Assembly (NCBI GenBank): GCA_032718475.1
Contig: JAUCBJ010004484.1
Span: forward strand, 1 to 60,729
Direction: 5' to 3'
Length of the DNA stretch: 60,729 nt
Source of the DNA: Nemertoderma westbladi
Lineage: Eukaryota; Animalia; Xenacoelomorpha
Shown: piece by piece, positions 1 to 12,726 of the stretch
Position numbering within the stretch: position 1 is the stretch's first letter
How the letters are laid out: each line of letters opens with the position of its first letter
The notes under the pieces: generated by a model
Databases searched by the model: none
What the model was told of the DNA's origin: nothing
The model's input: only the letters and a program-made list of their open reading frames with translations
Made by a program: the position numbers and the translations under genes

Positions 1-1128
1 CTTGCGAACCGAAGTTTAACCTTCTCGAATAATTCAAGAAGTCCTCCCCGCGACTACCGTACTCTCAATCGGCAGCTATATCCCGTCGGGAAGTTTCCCT
101 TCAATCCCCTCTCCTGTTCTCTTCCTCGTATCGGTACGTTCTGTACCCTTCTCTTAGTGTGCAGTGTGTCTCTCCGGGGCGACGGCAATCTCCCGGAGTT
201 CGACCCCACTGACTCCCTAACTCCATCTCTACTACCGACGGCTCGCTATCCGTCCTCGCTCTTCGGTTGCTCGTAGCAACGCTTCTTCTATTCCCTTCAC
301 TTCTTCTCTCTTCGACCTCCCGGTTAAACTCTACTATTCTTCTTCTCTCTTCTGACTGATGTCTTCTCACTCGCCCACTCTCTGCACTAACATCTGACTC
401 TACTCTGTCCGGCTGGACCCTCCTGGGGATACTCGTCATCCCCCTACTATTCTCCGTCGTCGGGTGCCGCGGTTCACCTAACTTGCCCCGCGCATTATCC
501 GCTGACACCTGTGGGACATTCTCTGCCCCCACCCCCCCCCCCCCCCCCCCCCTCTCGCTACTAATCTCTCGTGGTGGGGTACCCGTAGCCCCCCCCCCCC
601 CCCTCCCACCCGCCACTTCTTACTTCACTATCACTTACTTCGCTTCTACGCCCCTCTTGTGGGGCATTATCTGCCCCCCCCCCCCCCCCCCCTCTCTCAT
701 CACTAATCTCCCGTGGTGGGGCGCCCATAGCCCCCCCCCCCCCCCCCCCACTCGCCACTTCTTACTTCGCTACCTCTTACTTCGCTTCCACGCCCCTCTT
801 GTGGGGCATTCTCTGCCCCCCCTCTCTCGCCACTAATCTTCCGTGGTGGGGCGCCCATAGCCCCCCCCCCCCCCCACTCGCCACTTCTTACTTCGCTACC
901 TCTTACTTCACTTCTACACTCCTCTCTAGTCGACGCACTGTGTCTACTGCGGCTGGGTCTGCTCACCCCCGCCTCCCCCTGTCGCGGCCTCGCGGATCGT
1001 TAGGTTGTTGCTATCGTCCGGGGTCCGCGGCGGTGTCCTCTCTCCCTCTAAGTCTCGGGGCTCTGTGTTCATCTTTACTCTTTCGTGGTGGCTGGCAGTC
1101 ACAGTTGTGGTTTGCGGTATAGTTCGAC
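1..1128 (-). mobile_element. Internal (gag-like, Glu/Arg-rich) region of a putative retroelement, with ~120-bp repeats containing poly-C runs
   Basis: GC-rich, purine-rich on the minus strand, with charged ORF pieces (EERRRIVEFNREVEERR). Directly abuts the LTR-like repeat at 1129. The ORF is broken at the poly-C tracts. Confidence 0.4.
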
Positions 1129-1653
1129 TGTGACGGGATCAAGGGATCCCAACCGGGTTTAGTGCTTACGCTTCACAGCAGGCTGATGGGTGGATATGGT
1201 AAAGTGGAAATTGAGTTCGGTGTTCAACTGAAGTGTAATATAGATGATGTTAGCAACTGATAATATAGATACAGGTACCGGTAAGATAATATATGTACAA
1301 CAGCACCGCAATGACGGTCGAACTAGTTGCCGGCCTGCGCCAAACTAATGACTGAGATAACTAAACTGACCGGTACGGTATGCAATATAATATATGTGAT
1401 TGTCACTCTTACATTACTTTGGCCTCTCAATCTAGCGGATGCTTCCCTCGCCCTTATTGGCTAATAGTCTAATTCTCGCCTCTCACCTCTGTGGGAGTGC
1501 TTCCCCCCCCCCCCCCGCTGCTGTTACTCTCCCTCTCGAGGTGGTTTGACCTCTAACCACCTCCCTTTGTGTGGCCTTCCGGGCTGTGCGTTGTCCCCGT
1601 TATTGGGTGTGATACGAGATTAGTTGTGATTAATCTCGTATCTCCAATATTGC
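1129..1653 (-). mobile_element. LTR-like terminal repeat (diverged homolog at 51439-51957)
   Basis: Colinear similarity to the reverse complement of 51439-51957: tgtgacgggatc start, agttgccg block, and ccccgtt-attggg-gatacgag-ctcgta-ccaatattgc end. Confidence 0.6.
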
Positions 1654-1908
1654 TGAAAAGGGCGCCACTGTCCTACAGTACTTTATGAGGGTAATGAGGC
1701 GGAATTGAATCCGCTCACAGGGACTAACGAGGTGAGGAAGTAATGGAGAGATTGGATAATAATATCCAAAGAAAATTGAGTGTGATCTTTATTTGTGACT
1801 GGCTCCTCTTAAAGACATTAAATTGAAAACCATAAACTATATTGATTTGTTAGGAAATCCTTTTTGATTTTGCTTTTTTTTTCTCAAACGATTTTCTTTC
1901 TATTTCAG

Positions 1909-2294
1909 ATCGTCTTTCCTCCGACCACGGCTGGCGGTGTTTCACGGCGTACCTTGTTACTAAGCAACGCCTCCGATGACCCCGTGATGTTCAGCTTCCC
2001 GGAGGATCCGGATGGAATCTTCCGAGTGCGACCCAGTAAGGGAGTCCTCCGCGGGAGGCACCAGATCCTCTGTGTGGAGGCGCGGCCACCCTGGACCAAA
2101 ACCTACAAATCCCGAGTCACATGTTTGATCAACGAGGAACCCAAGTTCTCCAAGGATCTTCTCTTCCTCAGCTCCGCGGAAAGTCCACGCGTATACCTAG
2201 AGAACGACGGATACATTTGGTTCCCACCAGTTCTCGTTCGCTCGCCCGCCTCACAGGATTACACGATACACAACATATCCCGTCTTCCTATTAG
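1909..2294 (+). CDS. CFAP65: CFAP65 internal exon
   Basis: tttcag|ATC acceptor and AG|gtaggc donor (phase 2). Ig/ASH-like repeat peptide IVFPPT...LSNAS...FRVRPSKG. Confidence 0.8.
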
Positions 2295-2869
2295 GTAGGC
2301 TATTATTAAGCACTTGATTCATATCGCCACTACTCTACAACACAACTTTATTTAAAATAAAACAGCAACGTATAATTTTGTTACATTATGTTAACTTATT
2401 AGCGCACTGGTCTGAAGTGCTGCAAGCAAAGTAATCAATCACTGACTAACAAACTTCTAGAACAGTTCTTGTTTATTTTCCATTGATGATAGCCATTATA
2501 GGCTAAATTCATTCAAACTTCGACAAGCCGACTTTAGGGCATCCATTTAGAATAAACAAATTAGTTTAGAACTGGAGTAGTTAGAGTATAGAGTACTCTG
2601 GAGTCCCGAATAGAAGGGGCGACACCGCTGTTAATTTTTAAAATTACGTAAACCATTGTGTGAAAAGGGCACTTTACAGCGTTTTATGGCCTTTGTTTAT
2701 TTATTTAAACTTCCCTCGCTACGCTCGTTTGGTACATAAATAAATTCGGGTCATTATGCTGAAAATTGCTACTTTTATTCTCACGCTATAATATAATATT
2801 CATTATAATTATAATGTCAGTAAATAATTAATGGATTAATTAATTAACTCTATTAATCGTTTATCCTAG

Positions 2870-3542
2870 ATTCGAATGGCGTATCTCCCATGGTGACTCC
2901 AAGTATCTCTCGGTCTACCCGAGTCGAGGTCTCATTGGTCCAAACGAATCTCAGTCGCATCGATGGACCCTAACACCTTCATCCGCTCGAAAGTACGCCT
3001 TAAAACCCCGTCTAGTAGTCCAATCAGTGGACGCTGCCTCCGGGACAACCAGCCAATCAGAGTCGTTCCTTCTCAGAGTTGTCGGACAAGGAAGTCCCGA
3101 TAAACTCGGTTGCGATTCCACGTTCCTCGACTTCGAAGATGTTTGCGTCGGTAGCGCCTCCTACCGGGAGATCGTTGTATTCAACGACTCGGAGTGCACC
3201 GTCCGCTGCGCGCTGCACGTGGACGACGACTCTGGGTGTCTCACTCTAGCTCAGCGCCATCTAGTACTACCCGGGCGAACTCGGCAAGCTGTACTCGCTA
3301 CGGTCGCCCCGCTACAACGTGGGGATTTCCTGCACTCGGTGAGCTACGAGTTGGTGACCGCGATCCCGGAGGAGGAATCGGTTGGGTCGACTCCGCGAGG
3401 CGAATTAACCGAGTTGTGCCAGATCGGTGTCACTGGGACCTTCCCGGTACTACGCGTGATGGACGCACGAAGTCGCGGCTCCGCATCTAACTTCAATAAG
3501 CCAAGACTTTGGTCTATGCTTCGGTTAGACTATCTCAACCAG
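2870..3542 (+). CDS. CFAP65: CFAP65 internal exon
   Basis: cctag|A TTC GAA TGG completes the R codon from the previous exon. Open through LDFEDVCVG...FNDSEC...LWSMLRLDYLNQ, then CAG|gttagt donor. Confidence 0.85.
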
Positions 3543-3937
3543 GTTAGTCGTGTCACTTTATTTCATTTAACTTTATCCTCGAAGAGCCGTACAATATTTC
3601 CCTGTAAATTGCAGATCATTAGTTTATTTCCCTTTAAGCCCAAGTACTATAGATTTATTTTATTTATTGTAAATACTCAATTTATATATTAATGCCACAG
3701 AGACACTGTTTATTCATTCTCTCTGTTGTATAATCTCACTTTTTCCATTCCAGCATATATAATTTTATTTATCGCCCAGCCGCCAACATTATTTCCCTCC
3801 TATTAGTAATATTTCACGGTATCTCCATTCCAGGCATGTAATTTTAAAACGCGATAAAAATATCGCTTTATTTTCCCTTTCAGTCGTATAATCGAACTGT
3901 ATTTCCTTCCATGTCGTATAATCACTTTATTTCCCAG

Positions 3938-4382
3938 GCCCTGGACTCTGACCCCGGACAGGAGGAGCTCCTGTACTCCACATCGACTCGCTTCAGTACA
4001 ACGCCCACGCCCCCCTTCTACACCCGATCAAAGACGAGTTTCGATATGGGGGCGGCCCCGGTTGGCTCTACGCCGTCCACCATCTCGCTGCTGCTACACA
4101 ACCCCGGCACTGTGGCGGCGCAGTGGGCCTTCCTATACCCGCGGGACCTCCAGCTTGAGATCGAGAACTGGGCCCAGACCGGCGAGTTCTCAGCCGAGGA
4201 AATCGCCCACATGCGGATCCAGGACAATCACGTGTTCCAGGTAGAGCCGCGAAGGGGCCTCCTAGGGCCCGGCCAATCGGCTCCCGTTGCTATTAGTTAC
4301 AGTCACGTGTTCGCAGGGAACGATCGGTTGCCGATTCTGCTGAAAATCGATCGAGGAAGGGAAGTTCTTATTAACTTTACAG
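3938..4382 (+). CDS. CFAP65: CFAP65 internal exon
   Basis: cccag|GCC acceptor and G|gttcgt donor (phase 1). Peptide FDMGAAP...WAFLYP...MRIQDN...GREVLINFTG closely resembles the vertebrate CFAP65 sequence as I recall it. Confidence 0.9.
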
Positions 4383-4840
4383 GTTCGTACCGGTACCGGT
4401 AATATTATCTTATACTTTATTTCAAGAAAACCCTGAGCGGCCAGTTTTGTAATCTTTTTTTCTTGCCCCGACTTTAGCCTCGGGGTCCAAACAAACTTGA
4501 TTGGATGTTTGTTGTTATAGACACACCAGCCAATAATATGTGTTTCCCCGAGTTATGTTAAGTCGTTCAAACGAATTGCAAAAGTTGGGGAAACAAAAAA
4601 AAGATTACAAAAATAGCCCGATCTGGGCCACCATATGTATCCGTGAATTTTTAATAAAAAAAATTCCCATCCTTATTTATACAGCAAGATTCTTCAATAT
4701 GTAAGAAGAATATCCTTATTAAAATTTGATAAGAACTTTGGATAAACAACAACATAAGCCTAAACATATTGAACACTCTCAAGCAACTTATATTTACATA
4801 TAATCAACTTTTTTTCTGTATAAAACATAACCCATAATTT

Positions 4841-6170
4841 TACACTGGTTTATGTGGTTTATTGTTTACACTGGTTTATGTGGTTTATTGTTTACACTGG
4901 TTTATGTGGTTTATTGTTTACACTGGTTTATGTGGTTTATTGTTTACAGTGGTTTATGTGGTTTATTGTTTACACTGGTTTATGTGGTTTATTGTTTACA
5001 CTGGTTTATGTGGTTTATTGTTTACACTGGTTTATGTGGTTTATTGTTTACACTGGTTTATGTGGTTTATTGTTTACACTGGTTTATGTGGTTTATTGTT
5101 TACACTGGTTTATGTGGTTTATTGTTTACACTGGTTTATGTGGTTTATTGTTTACAGTGGTTTATGTGGTTTATTGTTTACAGTGGTTTATGTGGTTTAT
5201 TGTTTACACTGGTTTATGTGGTTTATTGTTTACACTGGTTTATGTGGTTTATTGTTTACACTGGTTTATGTGGTTTATTGTTTACACTGGTTTATGTGGT
5301 TTATTGTTTACACTGGTTTATGTGGTTTATTGTTTACACTGGTTTATGTGGTTTATTGTTTACACTGGTTTATGTGGTTTATTGTTTACAGTGGTTTATG
5401 TGGTTTATTGTTTACACTGGTTTATGTGGTTTATTGTTTACACTGGTTTATGTGGTTTATTGTTTACAGTGGTTTATGTGGTTTATTGTTTACACTGGTT
5501 TATGTGGTTTATTGTTTACACTGGTTTATGTGGTTTATTGTTTACACTGGTTTATGTGGTTTATTGTTTACACTGGTTTATGTGGTTTATTGTTTACACT
5601 GGTTTATGTGTTTTATTGTTTACACTGGTTTATGTGGTTTATTGTTTACACTGGTTTATGTGGTTTATTGTTTACACTGGTTTATGTGGTTTATTGTTTA
5701 CAGTGGTTTATGTGGTTTATTGTTTACACTGGTTTATGTGGTTTATTGTTTACACTGGTTTATGTGGTTTATTGTTTACAGTGGTTTATGTGGTTTATTG
5801 TTTACACTGGTTTATGTGGTTTATTGTTTACACTGGTTTATGTGGTTTATTGTTTACACTGGTTTATGTGGTTTATTGTTTACAGTAGTTTATGTGGTTT
5901 ATTGTTTACAGTGGTTTATGTTGTTTATTGTTTACACTGGTTTATGTGGTTTATTGTTTACACTGGTTTATGTGGTTTATTGTTTACACTGGTTTATGTG
6001 GTTTATTGTTTACAGTGGTTTATGTGGTTTATTGTTTACAGTGGTTTATGTGGTTTATTGTTTAAACTGGTTTGTGTGGTTTATTGTTTACAGTGGTTTA
6101 TTGTTTACAGTGGTTTATGTGGTTTATTGTTTACACTGGTTTATGTGGTTTATTGTTTACAGTGGTTATT
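4841..6170. repeat. 26-bp minisatellite (CTGGTTTATGTGGTTTATTGTTTACA), ~51 copies, intronic
   Basis: Near-identical tandem units with C/G variant positions, ending ~20 bp before the acceptor at 6190. Confidence 0.97.
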
Positions 6171-6190
6171 GTCTATGTAAATTTCTCTAG

Positions 6191-6333
6191 GTTCCACCAT
6201 AGAACGTGGTCGCAAATACATCCACTATGAAACGAAATACTTTCAGTTTTCACCGGTAGCTATAGGCCTAACGAGGTCTCCCTTACAGACATACAGTCTG
6301 TATAATGCTGGGTCTGTTCCTCTGGAATTTCAG
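6191..6333 (+). CDS. CFAP65: CFAP65 internal exon (not in the ORF track)
   Basis: ctctag|GT TCC matches phase 1. Peptide GSTIERGRKYIHY...FSPVAIG...YSLYNAGSVPLEFQ, then CAG|gttagt. Confidence 0.85.
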
Positions 6334-6370
6334 GTTAGTTGTGGACCGAGACATAGTATTTAGTAGATTC

Positions 6371-6617
6371 GCCCATGTGAAGAATACCAGGATTTCACTT
6401 TTCGGTCGTCTTTTTTTTGGAATTTTATATATGAAGATATTTTATAGCTCTTATTTCTGTCTTATAACCTGTACATATACTAATTCGTTTATTGTTTTGG
6501 TTAGATTTAGCCTTTCTGTAACCTGTGTTTTTTGTGAAAACCTAATGGTATTCTTCACATGGGGGTAACTGCAGAGTGAAATATAAAAGCAGAAAGTCTG
6601 GTAATCTTCACATGGGC
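6371..6617. mobile_element. MITE family A (TIR GCCCATGTGAAG)
   Basis: Inverted termini gcccatgtgaag / cttcacatgggc; homologous copies at 34069-34337 and 50224-50712. Confidence 0.75.
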
Positions 6618-7622
6618 CAAATGATTGATTTCTCCATTTCAACTTAATTAACAAACACAAAAATAACACAAATTTCAACAATCGTAGTTCATCAACTATA
6701 CGCTCACCATCACCTCAACAATACTGTATAAATATCCTAAGAGACAGTATAATTAATACATGGACGATACTACTGTAATTGATCTCGCTAAGGAATGTAA
6801 TTATAATATTTTTAAACATACACAAGAGTTAAATATATGATGTACAATTATAAAATGAGACCATTCTCATAATCTAATAAACGATCCCGGACAATAGGAA
6901 AAATATTGTTTTTATTCTTAAATTGTTACTTTTTCGCTCGAATATACTCGAAAATAGGGAGAAAAAGTACTACTTATTTTCCCTATTGCATTGGTTTTAC
7001 TTTTTTTTCCCGGCGAAAATAGAACAATAAAATATTTTTGGTGGAATTTCTGAAATTGTATTACATATGTTGAAAGAGCATCGACGTAGAAAAGGTTTGC
7101 AAGTAATTTGAGTAAAATCCATTCACACACTCGACTCAAAAGTTATTGCAACTTTAGTGTCTGCAAGGCGAACTCCAAAACGGAACTCAATATCCAATAT
7201 TGGTTTATGTAGTTAAGCGGCTCTCTAGTTACGTAATAAATATTCGAGAACACTAAATTATTTAACATTGAGTAAGGCAGCATCAGGAGAGTAACTATGG
7301 AAGCAATATAGTAAAATACTATACAGTTCAATTTATTTTGTAACATTAGGCCTATCGCTATTCGCTTTATTAAAGAATTAAGCAACAAAAAAGTATCAAT
7401 GTAAAAATAAAATTGGAAATGTATTACATGAAAAAAACCTGGAAAATTGTTTTTAAATATTATCTTGTGGCTCGACCCTTTATTAACCTCTCTGGCGCTC
7501 GGTAAATAAAATGCCTCTAGAATTAATAAAAAAAGTTCTAATTTTTTCCCATTTAATAAATAATTATTCTTGAATAGCGAAATAAATATTAATTAATTAT
7601 TTATGTACTAAATTCCAATCAG

Positions 7623-7787
7623 ATTGATGAAACCCCCTTGACGGATCTGAAAAGGGACAACTGTGATTGGCCAGTATTGCAGTGTTTCACACCCAGGGGA
7701 ACTATAGAACCGGGTGCCGTGGCCACTTTGGATTGGATGTTTAATCCGTTGGAGGCGACCAATTACAGCGTCGATGTACCTATACAG
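7623..7787 (+). CDS. CFAP65: CFAP65 internal exon (not in the ORF track)
   Basis: aatcag|ATT acceptor. Peptide IDETPLTDLKRDNCDWPVLQCFTPRGTIEPG...WMFNPLEATNYSVDVPIQ, then CAG|gtattc. 165 nt, phase 0. Confidence 0.85.
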
Positions 7788-9071
7788 GTATTCTATTGTA
7801 ACAACTAATAAGTATTTTTTTAGAAGACCGTTCGGTAGTACTTCTTACTGTAAAACAGTATTTTGTTTCTGTATGTATCTATGAATATCATGTAAAGTCA
7901 ACGACCATTTTGGTGTCATTTTCGGCTCTAGGCTGAAAAGTAGTGTAGCAAATATTTCAAAATGTTAAATTTTGCCCTTTGTTGGGTAATTCTGAATCTA
8001 CACTGTGGGGACGGTTTTTAAGGTCGCTGATCACGATTCAACTCGTTAAAATTATTTCACGATATCGCAAAGATCGTTTTATGTGATTGCCTGGGGCGAC
8101 GAAAAATACAAGTAGCATAAAATTTCGAACTCCCAAAAATTTAATTTGTTTGGATATTTTGAAGGTTTTTCGAGGTCGCTGATCACGATAGAACTTGTTA
8201 TAAATCTTTTATGGTAGTGTAAGAGTGTAACTATACAATTTATTAGCGATATGTGCTACTTGTATTTTTCGTGCCACATTGGCACATTTTAAAAATATCA
8301 TAGACATTCAGACTCTGAATTTTTGAGAGTCAAATTCGAATTTAGCTATACAGAAAACTCATAAAGCCATAAAAACTGGTTGATTTGGTAATTACTTACG
8401 ATTATCTAATATTTGGTACTTGTCATTTTCGTTCCACTTTGCATTGGCACAAAAAAATACCACAATGAATCGGATACTATATCAGCTTCCCATAAAACCC
8501 GTAATGTGATAAAATTAGATTAATTTGGTGGGTTTTTTTTTTACATAATCCTATTCGCATAACTTTTTTTAGTGCTCTAGAGGGACATTCCTAATTACCA
8601 GAAATCTTTTCGAATCCTCAATTTAAGTTATAGATTCTAGAATCGTAATCAGCATCCAAAATATCCTTAAAATATCCTCCTTTATATCGCAAATATATTT
8701 AGTTTAGCGAGCCATAAAAACCTTTTAAAATTTCGGCACGAAAAATATTGGAGATGGGTGCCAGAAAGGGACCACAGCACGAAAACTAACATAGCCATAT
8801 AATTGGCGTTTACGCTGTTGGATAGCCCGTAAAATTTTAGGAAAAGTCACGAAATCTCGGTTTTCCCAACATAACTGGCTCAAAGATACAGATTATTTAC
8901 AAAAATTTATAAGGCCCCAAATGGGCCAAACAAATAGGTTCTAATCTAAGTAAGTTATATGACCCAATGGTAGAATAAGTTAGACATAGTGTAGTTTTTG
9001 GTACCACCACTAAAGTTACATTGCTTCTTGTACAGAATAAATAATTATGCATCGTGTATAATAATACTGTT

Positions 9072-9752
9072 TTACCATTCGGAAAATAGTATCCCTCCTA
9101 AGACAATAGTAATGCTTGCAGCAACTACGTGCGTGGTTGTTTGTGCTGCATTGGTCTCAGTAACCAATGATGTAGATGTAGACCCACCTTCGGTAGTGGA
9201 TTCATTGACTCTGTGTTTCCATTGTTCTGCTGGAGGGCACGGGCCCGTGGGACAGCACTGATATTGGCAAGCTTCGTGTGTTTCTGTGAGTTCAACCTTT
9301 ATCCAATTGGTAATCGCCATAAGTCTTACTAGAAAGTCATCTCTGTTCTCCGGGGCGGCATCAGGTAGAGAAACTGTCACGAAATGGGTGCAAAACGCTT
9401 CGTTTAAAGGGACGCAATTGTAATCGGCCACGTGGCATACCCCGGTTTGATAATCGAACACGATCTCCTCATTGTACTCCTCCGAATAGCCAGCAAGTGT
9501 GTATGATGCAACGGCACAACTGAAACACTCGCTAAACGTGGCATTACCTTGAACGAAGTCGTTGCTTTTCGCAAAGTGAGATATTCTATCTTGATACTTT
9601 TTTAATAAGGCGTCGTTCTTGCTGGTAATCGACCAGTCCATTCCAACTGGACACGTGAAGTTGGAGACTGCCTTAGTAGCAGGGAGTATAGTTATAACAA
9701 ATAGAGTATATATGATTTGCATTTTATAACTGCTAGCTACCCTTACATTCAT
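9072..9752 (-). CDS. Secreted Cys-rich Ly6/uPAR (three-finger)-like protein with S/T-rich linker and C-terminal hydrophobic (GPI/TM) tail; nested antisense in a CFAP65 intron
   Basis: Signal-peptide-like MQIIYTLFVITILPATKA; 10 cysteines ending in CCPTGPC; ESTTEGGSTSTS linker; VVAASITIVLGGILF tail; uninterrupted 226-aa ORF. Confidence 0.7.
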   Translation of the reverse strand: MNVRVASSYKMQIIYTLFVITILPATKAVSNFTCPVGMDWSITSKNDALLKKYQDRISHFAKSNDFVQGNATFSECFSCAVASYTLAGYSEEYNEEIVFDYQTGVCHVADYNCVPLNEAFCTHFVTVSLPDAAPENRDDFLVRLMAITNWIKVELTETHEACQYQCCPTGPCPPAEQWKHRVNESTTEGGSTSTSLVTETNAAQTTTHVVAASITIVLGGILFSEW

Positions 9753-10224
9753 ACAATACAGAGCAGTACAGAGCAGAGTAATTCCACGCCAATTGTAAAT
9801 AATCCCACGCCTAATATTCTAAAAGAGGTGAATTATTTAACTATATTACACAGCGAAATTTTAACACAACATAACTAATTCACAGCGAGATTTTATTCTC
9901 TATAGCACATTGAGACAGGGGGGAAACTCGACGCAATAGTGAAGGTTTAGAATCCGGTATGTTTCGTATTTTTGCTAGAATCAGCAGCCGAAATAACAGA
10001 ATAAATTATGCCGAAATAATTAATTAACTATATTCAGTACATTCAGTTTGGGTTTATCGCTACAAATATAGTGAGGCTTTGTTTTTTCAAATCGAACTAA
10101 CAAATTTTATTGAATTAATTTAAATTGGGTTTTCTACAATATTTCTAACTCTCGTTTATTGTTTTGGTTCCTTTCAACACGCCTCCAGCCTACTTCTTTA
10201 GTAACCTGCCAAGAAGAAGGGTCA

Positions 10225-10830
10225 ACTACTACACGACTACTACTATTACTATCGACATGCTGCATTGCAGCTGTCTTATATATATATTACATATATATTA
10301 AGAATTCTGTGCCGGGTTGTCGACAAAATTGCGCCGCCACAACTCCCTATCACCCATGACACTTGCTAGATCATCCGCATCTTCAAGGCCAGTGTCCTTT
10401 AAGATGCGTCTCAAGAACGTCATGGGCTGTCCACCATGCTTATTCACTCCATGAGGCTGCCAAAGTATAAGATTATGCACTGGCTGGTCCTCACGGCGAA
10501 AGCAATGTCCTGCAAAGCGGAGGCGATTTTGTTCTAGTGTCAAGCTTGGGGGAACCAATGAGACACCTCCAATGTTATATAGTGTCTGGTTGGAGATGTG
10601 TACATTGTACTTGACACAGTGAACCCGGCGTAGCATTCTTGTGAATGTGCCATCCAGAGATTTGGTGTCCTCAGCAGTTAGAGCCCAGCATGGACTCCCA
10701 TAGAGGAGTACTGGAACTACTGCTGCTCTAAATATTCGGACCTTAAGGTTCCGTTTTATTCTATGGGACTTCCAAATCCTGGAAAGATTATTCAATACTG
10801 CCCATGCCGTCCCATTACGTATGAGAAGTT
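10225..10830 (-). mobile_element. 5'-truncated RTE-clade LINE fragment
   Basis: ORF 10298-10795 is nearly identical to the C-terminus of the element at 45114-47657 (KVRIFRAAVVPVLLYG...RLRFAGHCFR). Ends in a (TAG)n-like tail. Confidence 0.9.
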
Positions 10831-12726
10831 ATTCACCTTACTTTCTGATACATGGTCCACTACACGGCACCTGCTTGCATGGACCTTAACATCAACACAT
10901 CCCTAATGAGCTGTCATGTGCTTCTATAGTATACTGCAACCTTCAGGAGCAGGTTACAGTGGCGCGTTATTTTAACCAAAGCAATTCACTAAACACAATA
11001 GAACAGAATACAGTTTTACCTTTGAGAGTAATCAGCTGTTATTTGCGTCCAATTTCCCATGGAAATGGATGAATTTTTATTGCGTCCAGTACCCCCCCCC
11101 CCCCCCCCCCCCCCCCTCCCCTATCTGACTGTAAGATAACTACAACTCTGTAACGTAACTGCCTGAGCTGTAGTACCGGTAGGTTTAAATATTTTCTACT
11201 CACCTTTACCTTTAAGAATCTTTCTAATGTTTGTTTTTATTTTTTATACCAACATTTTAACATTAGATCATCTATGTTAAAACCTACAGTATAAGCACTT
11301 AATTTTAGCGAATTTTATCTTTTATTGTGAGTACTTTGTGGCTGCGTTACGTAATGTTGAAATTTTGGAATAAATAGTTTATACTTCCTTCTAAATCAGG
11401 AATCGTCAAATGAGTGCCATGACCATTACTTACTATGTAGGCCTACATTATAACTAATAATATGGTGATGTTAATGATGTACTGTACATAATATTGTGTT
11501 GAGTCCATCCTGGTGTAATATAGTACTGAATCGATCGGTTGTTGTTACCATATCCCTCACATGCAGCGGCAGTATTACTAATGTAGGTTTATTCTATACA
11601 GCGATTAAATAGTTCTCCTAACTACGCATTATCGACATCTTTCATATCCATTCACAGTGTTACATGGAGCAAATGAAGCAACAAACATAGAGGCATAATA
11701 ATATGTTGTAATTATATTGCATGAATGCAATAATTGGAAATTTGAAGAACAAAATTCAACGAAATAGGCAGAGGGGCTTTAGGCATCATCACGCAAGCGG
11801 TTGAATAATGGGTTTTGCTGGAAAAATAAGTTATTGTATTAGCCAGTAACTGAAACATCATTATAATTATAAATAATTTTCTTAAAGAGAAGTAGATCAG
11901 CCTACTACTGTAACTTAGAACTGTTTCTTTGCTAAAGATATCATTTTTATTCAGTATAGCCATAGCGTCACATGAAAGTTTATAGATGGGCATATATATT
12001 CTGGGTGTGTGACAATGAGTCCTACTACAGTAGGCCTACAGAGTAGTAACCTTGTGAAGGTGTGGAGCGGAGACGTATCGAATGGCGTTCGCTATTGGGG
12101 TGTCTGTGTGTGTGGGTGTTTTCCGGTCGGAAGCCAACATTATAATAACTATAACCATAGTTTAATGTAATACTGTTCGATGAGATAGTAGGGGCATGGC
12201 CTACTCGTGTACACCATGTCCCAGAATACAGTGTCGTTATTCAGTGACACGGACCCCCCCCCCCCCCCCCCCTAATTTTTCTACAAATCTTAATGAGATT
12301 GCATGAAATTTGAAACATAGATAGTTTCACCTCCCGACCACTGACTGGATGAGCCAGAATTTTTATTTTTGCTTTCAATCTTTAGCTACATGCGTTTAAA
12401 AATAGTGTCTCCAGCAATATTACACCAGTTACACCGCAGTTATTCTTCTACCTTATAGCTGTGTATGCTATAGCATAAGGCACAGCTTATAGCTGTGCCT
12501 TATAGCTTATAACTGTTGTTGGTACCAATGGAAAGCTGGTCATGCAAGGATTCCAAATATGTAACGCAATTTGAATTTCGTTGAAAAATAGCTGAGATAT
12601 GGGCGTTCAAATGTTGCCTGGTTTTGCACCGGCGCGAGGCTATTATATTCTATTTAATAAATGCATCATAATCTGGAATATTTTTTAAATGTATGAATAG
12701 CTACGTTTACAATAGTATGATTAAAT

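Noticed and set aside
4852-6190. Three long hydrophobic ORFs (344-442 aa)
   Set aside because: Artefacts of a stop-free 26-bp tandem repeat read in all frames inside a CFAP65 intron.
7860-8945. Probable non-autonomous DNA element with repeated ggtcgctgatcacga motif
   Set aside because: Looks repetitive, but I could not define termini or a TSD from this window.
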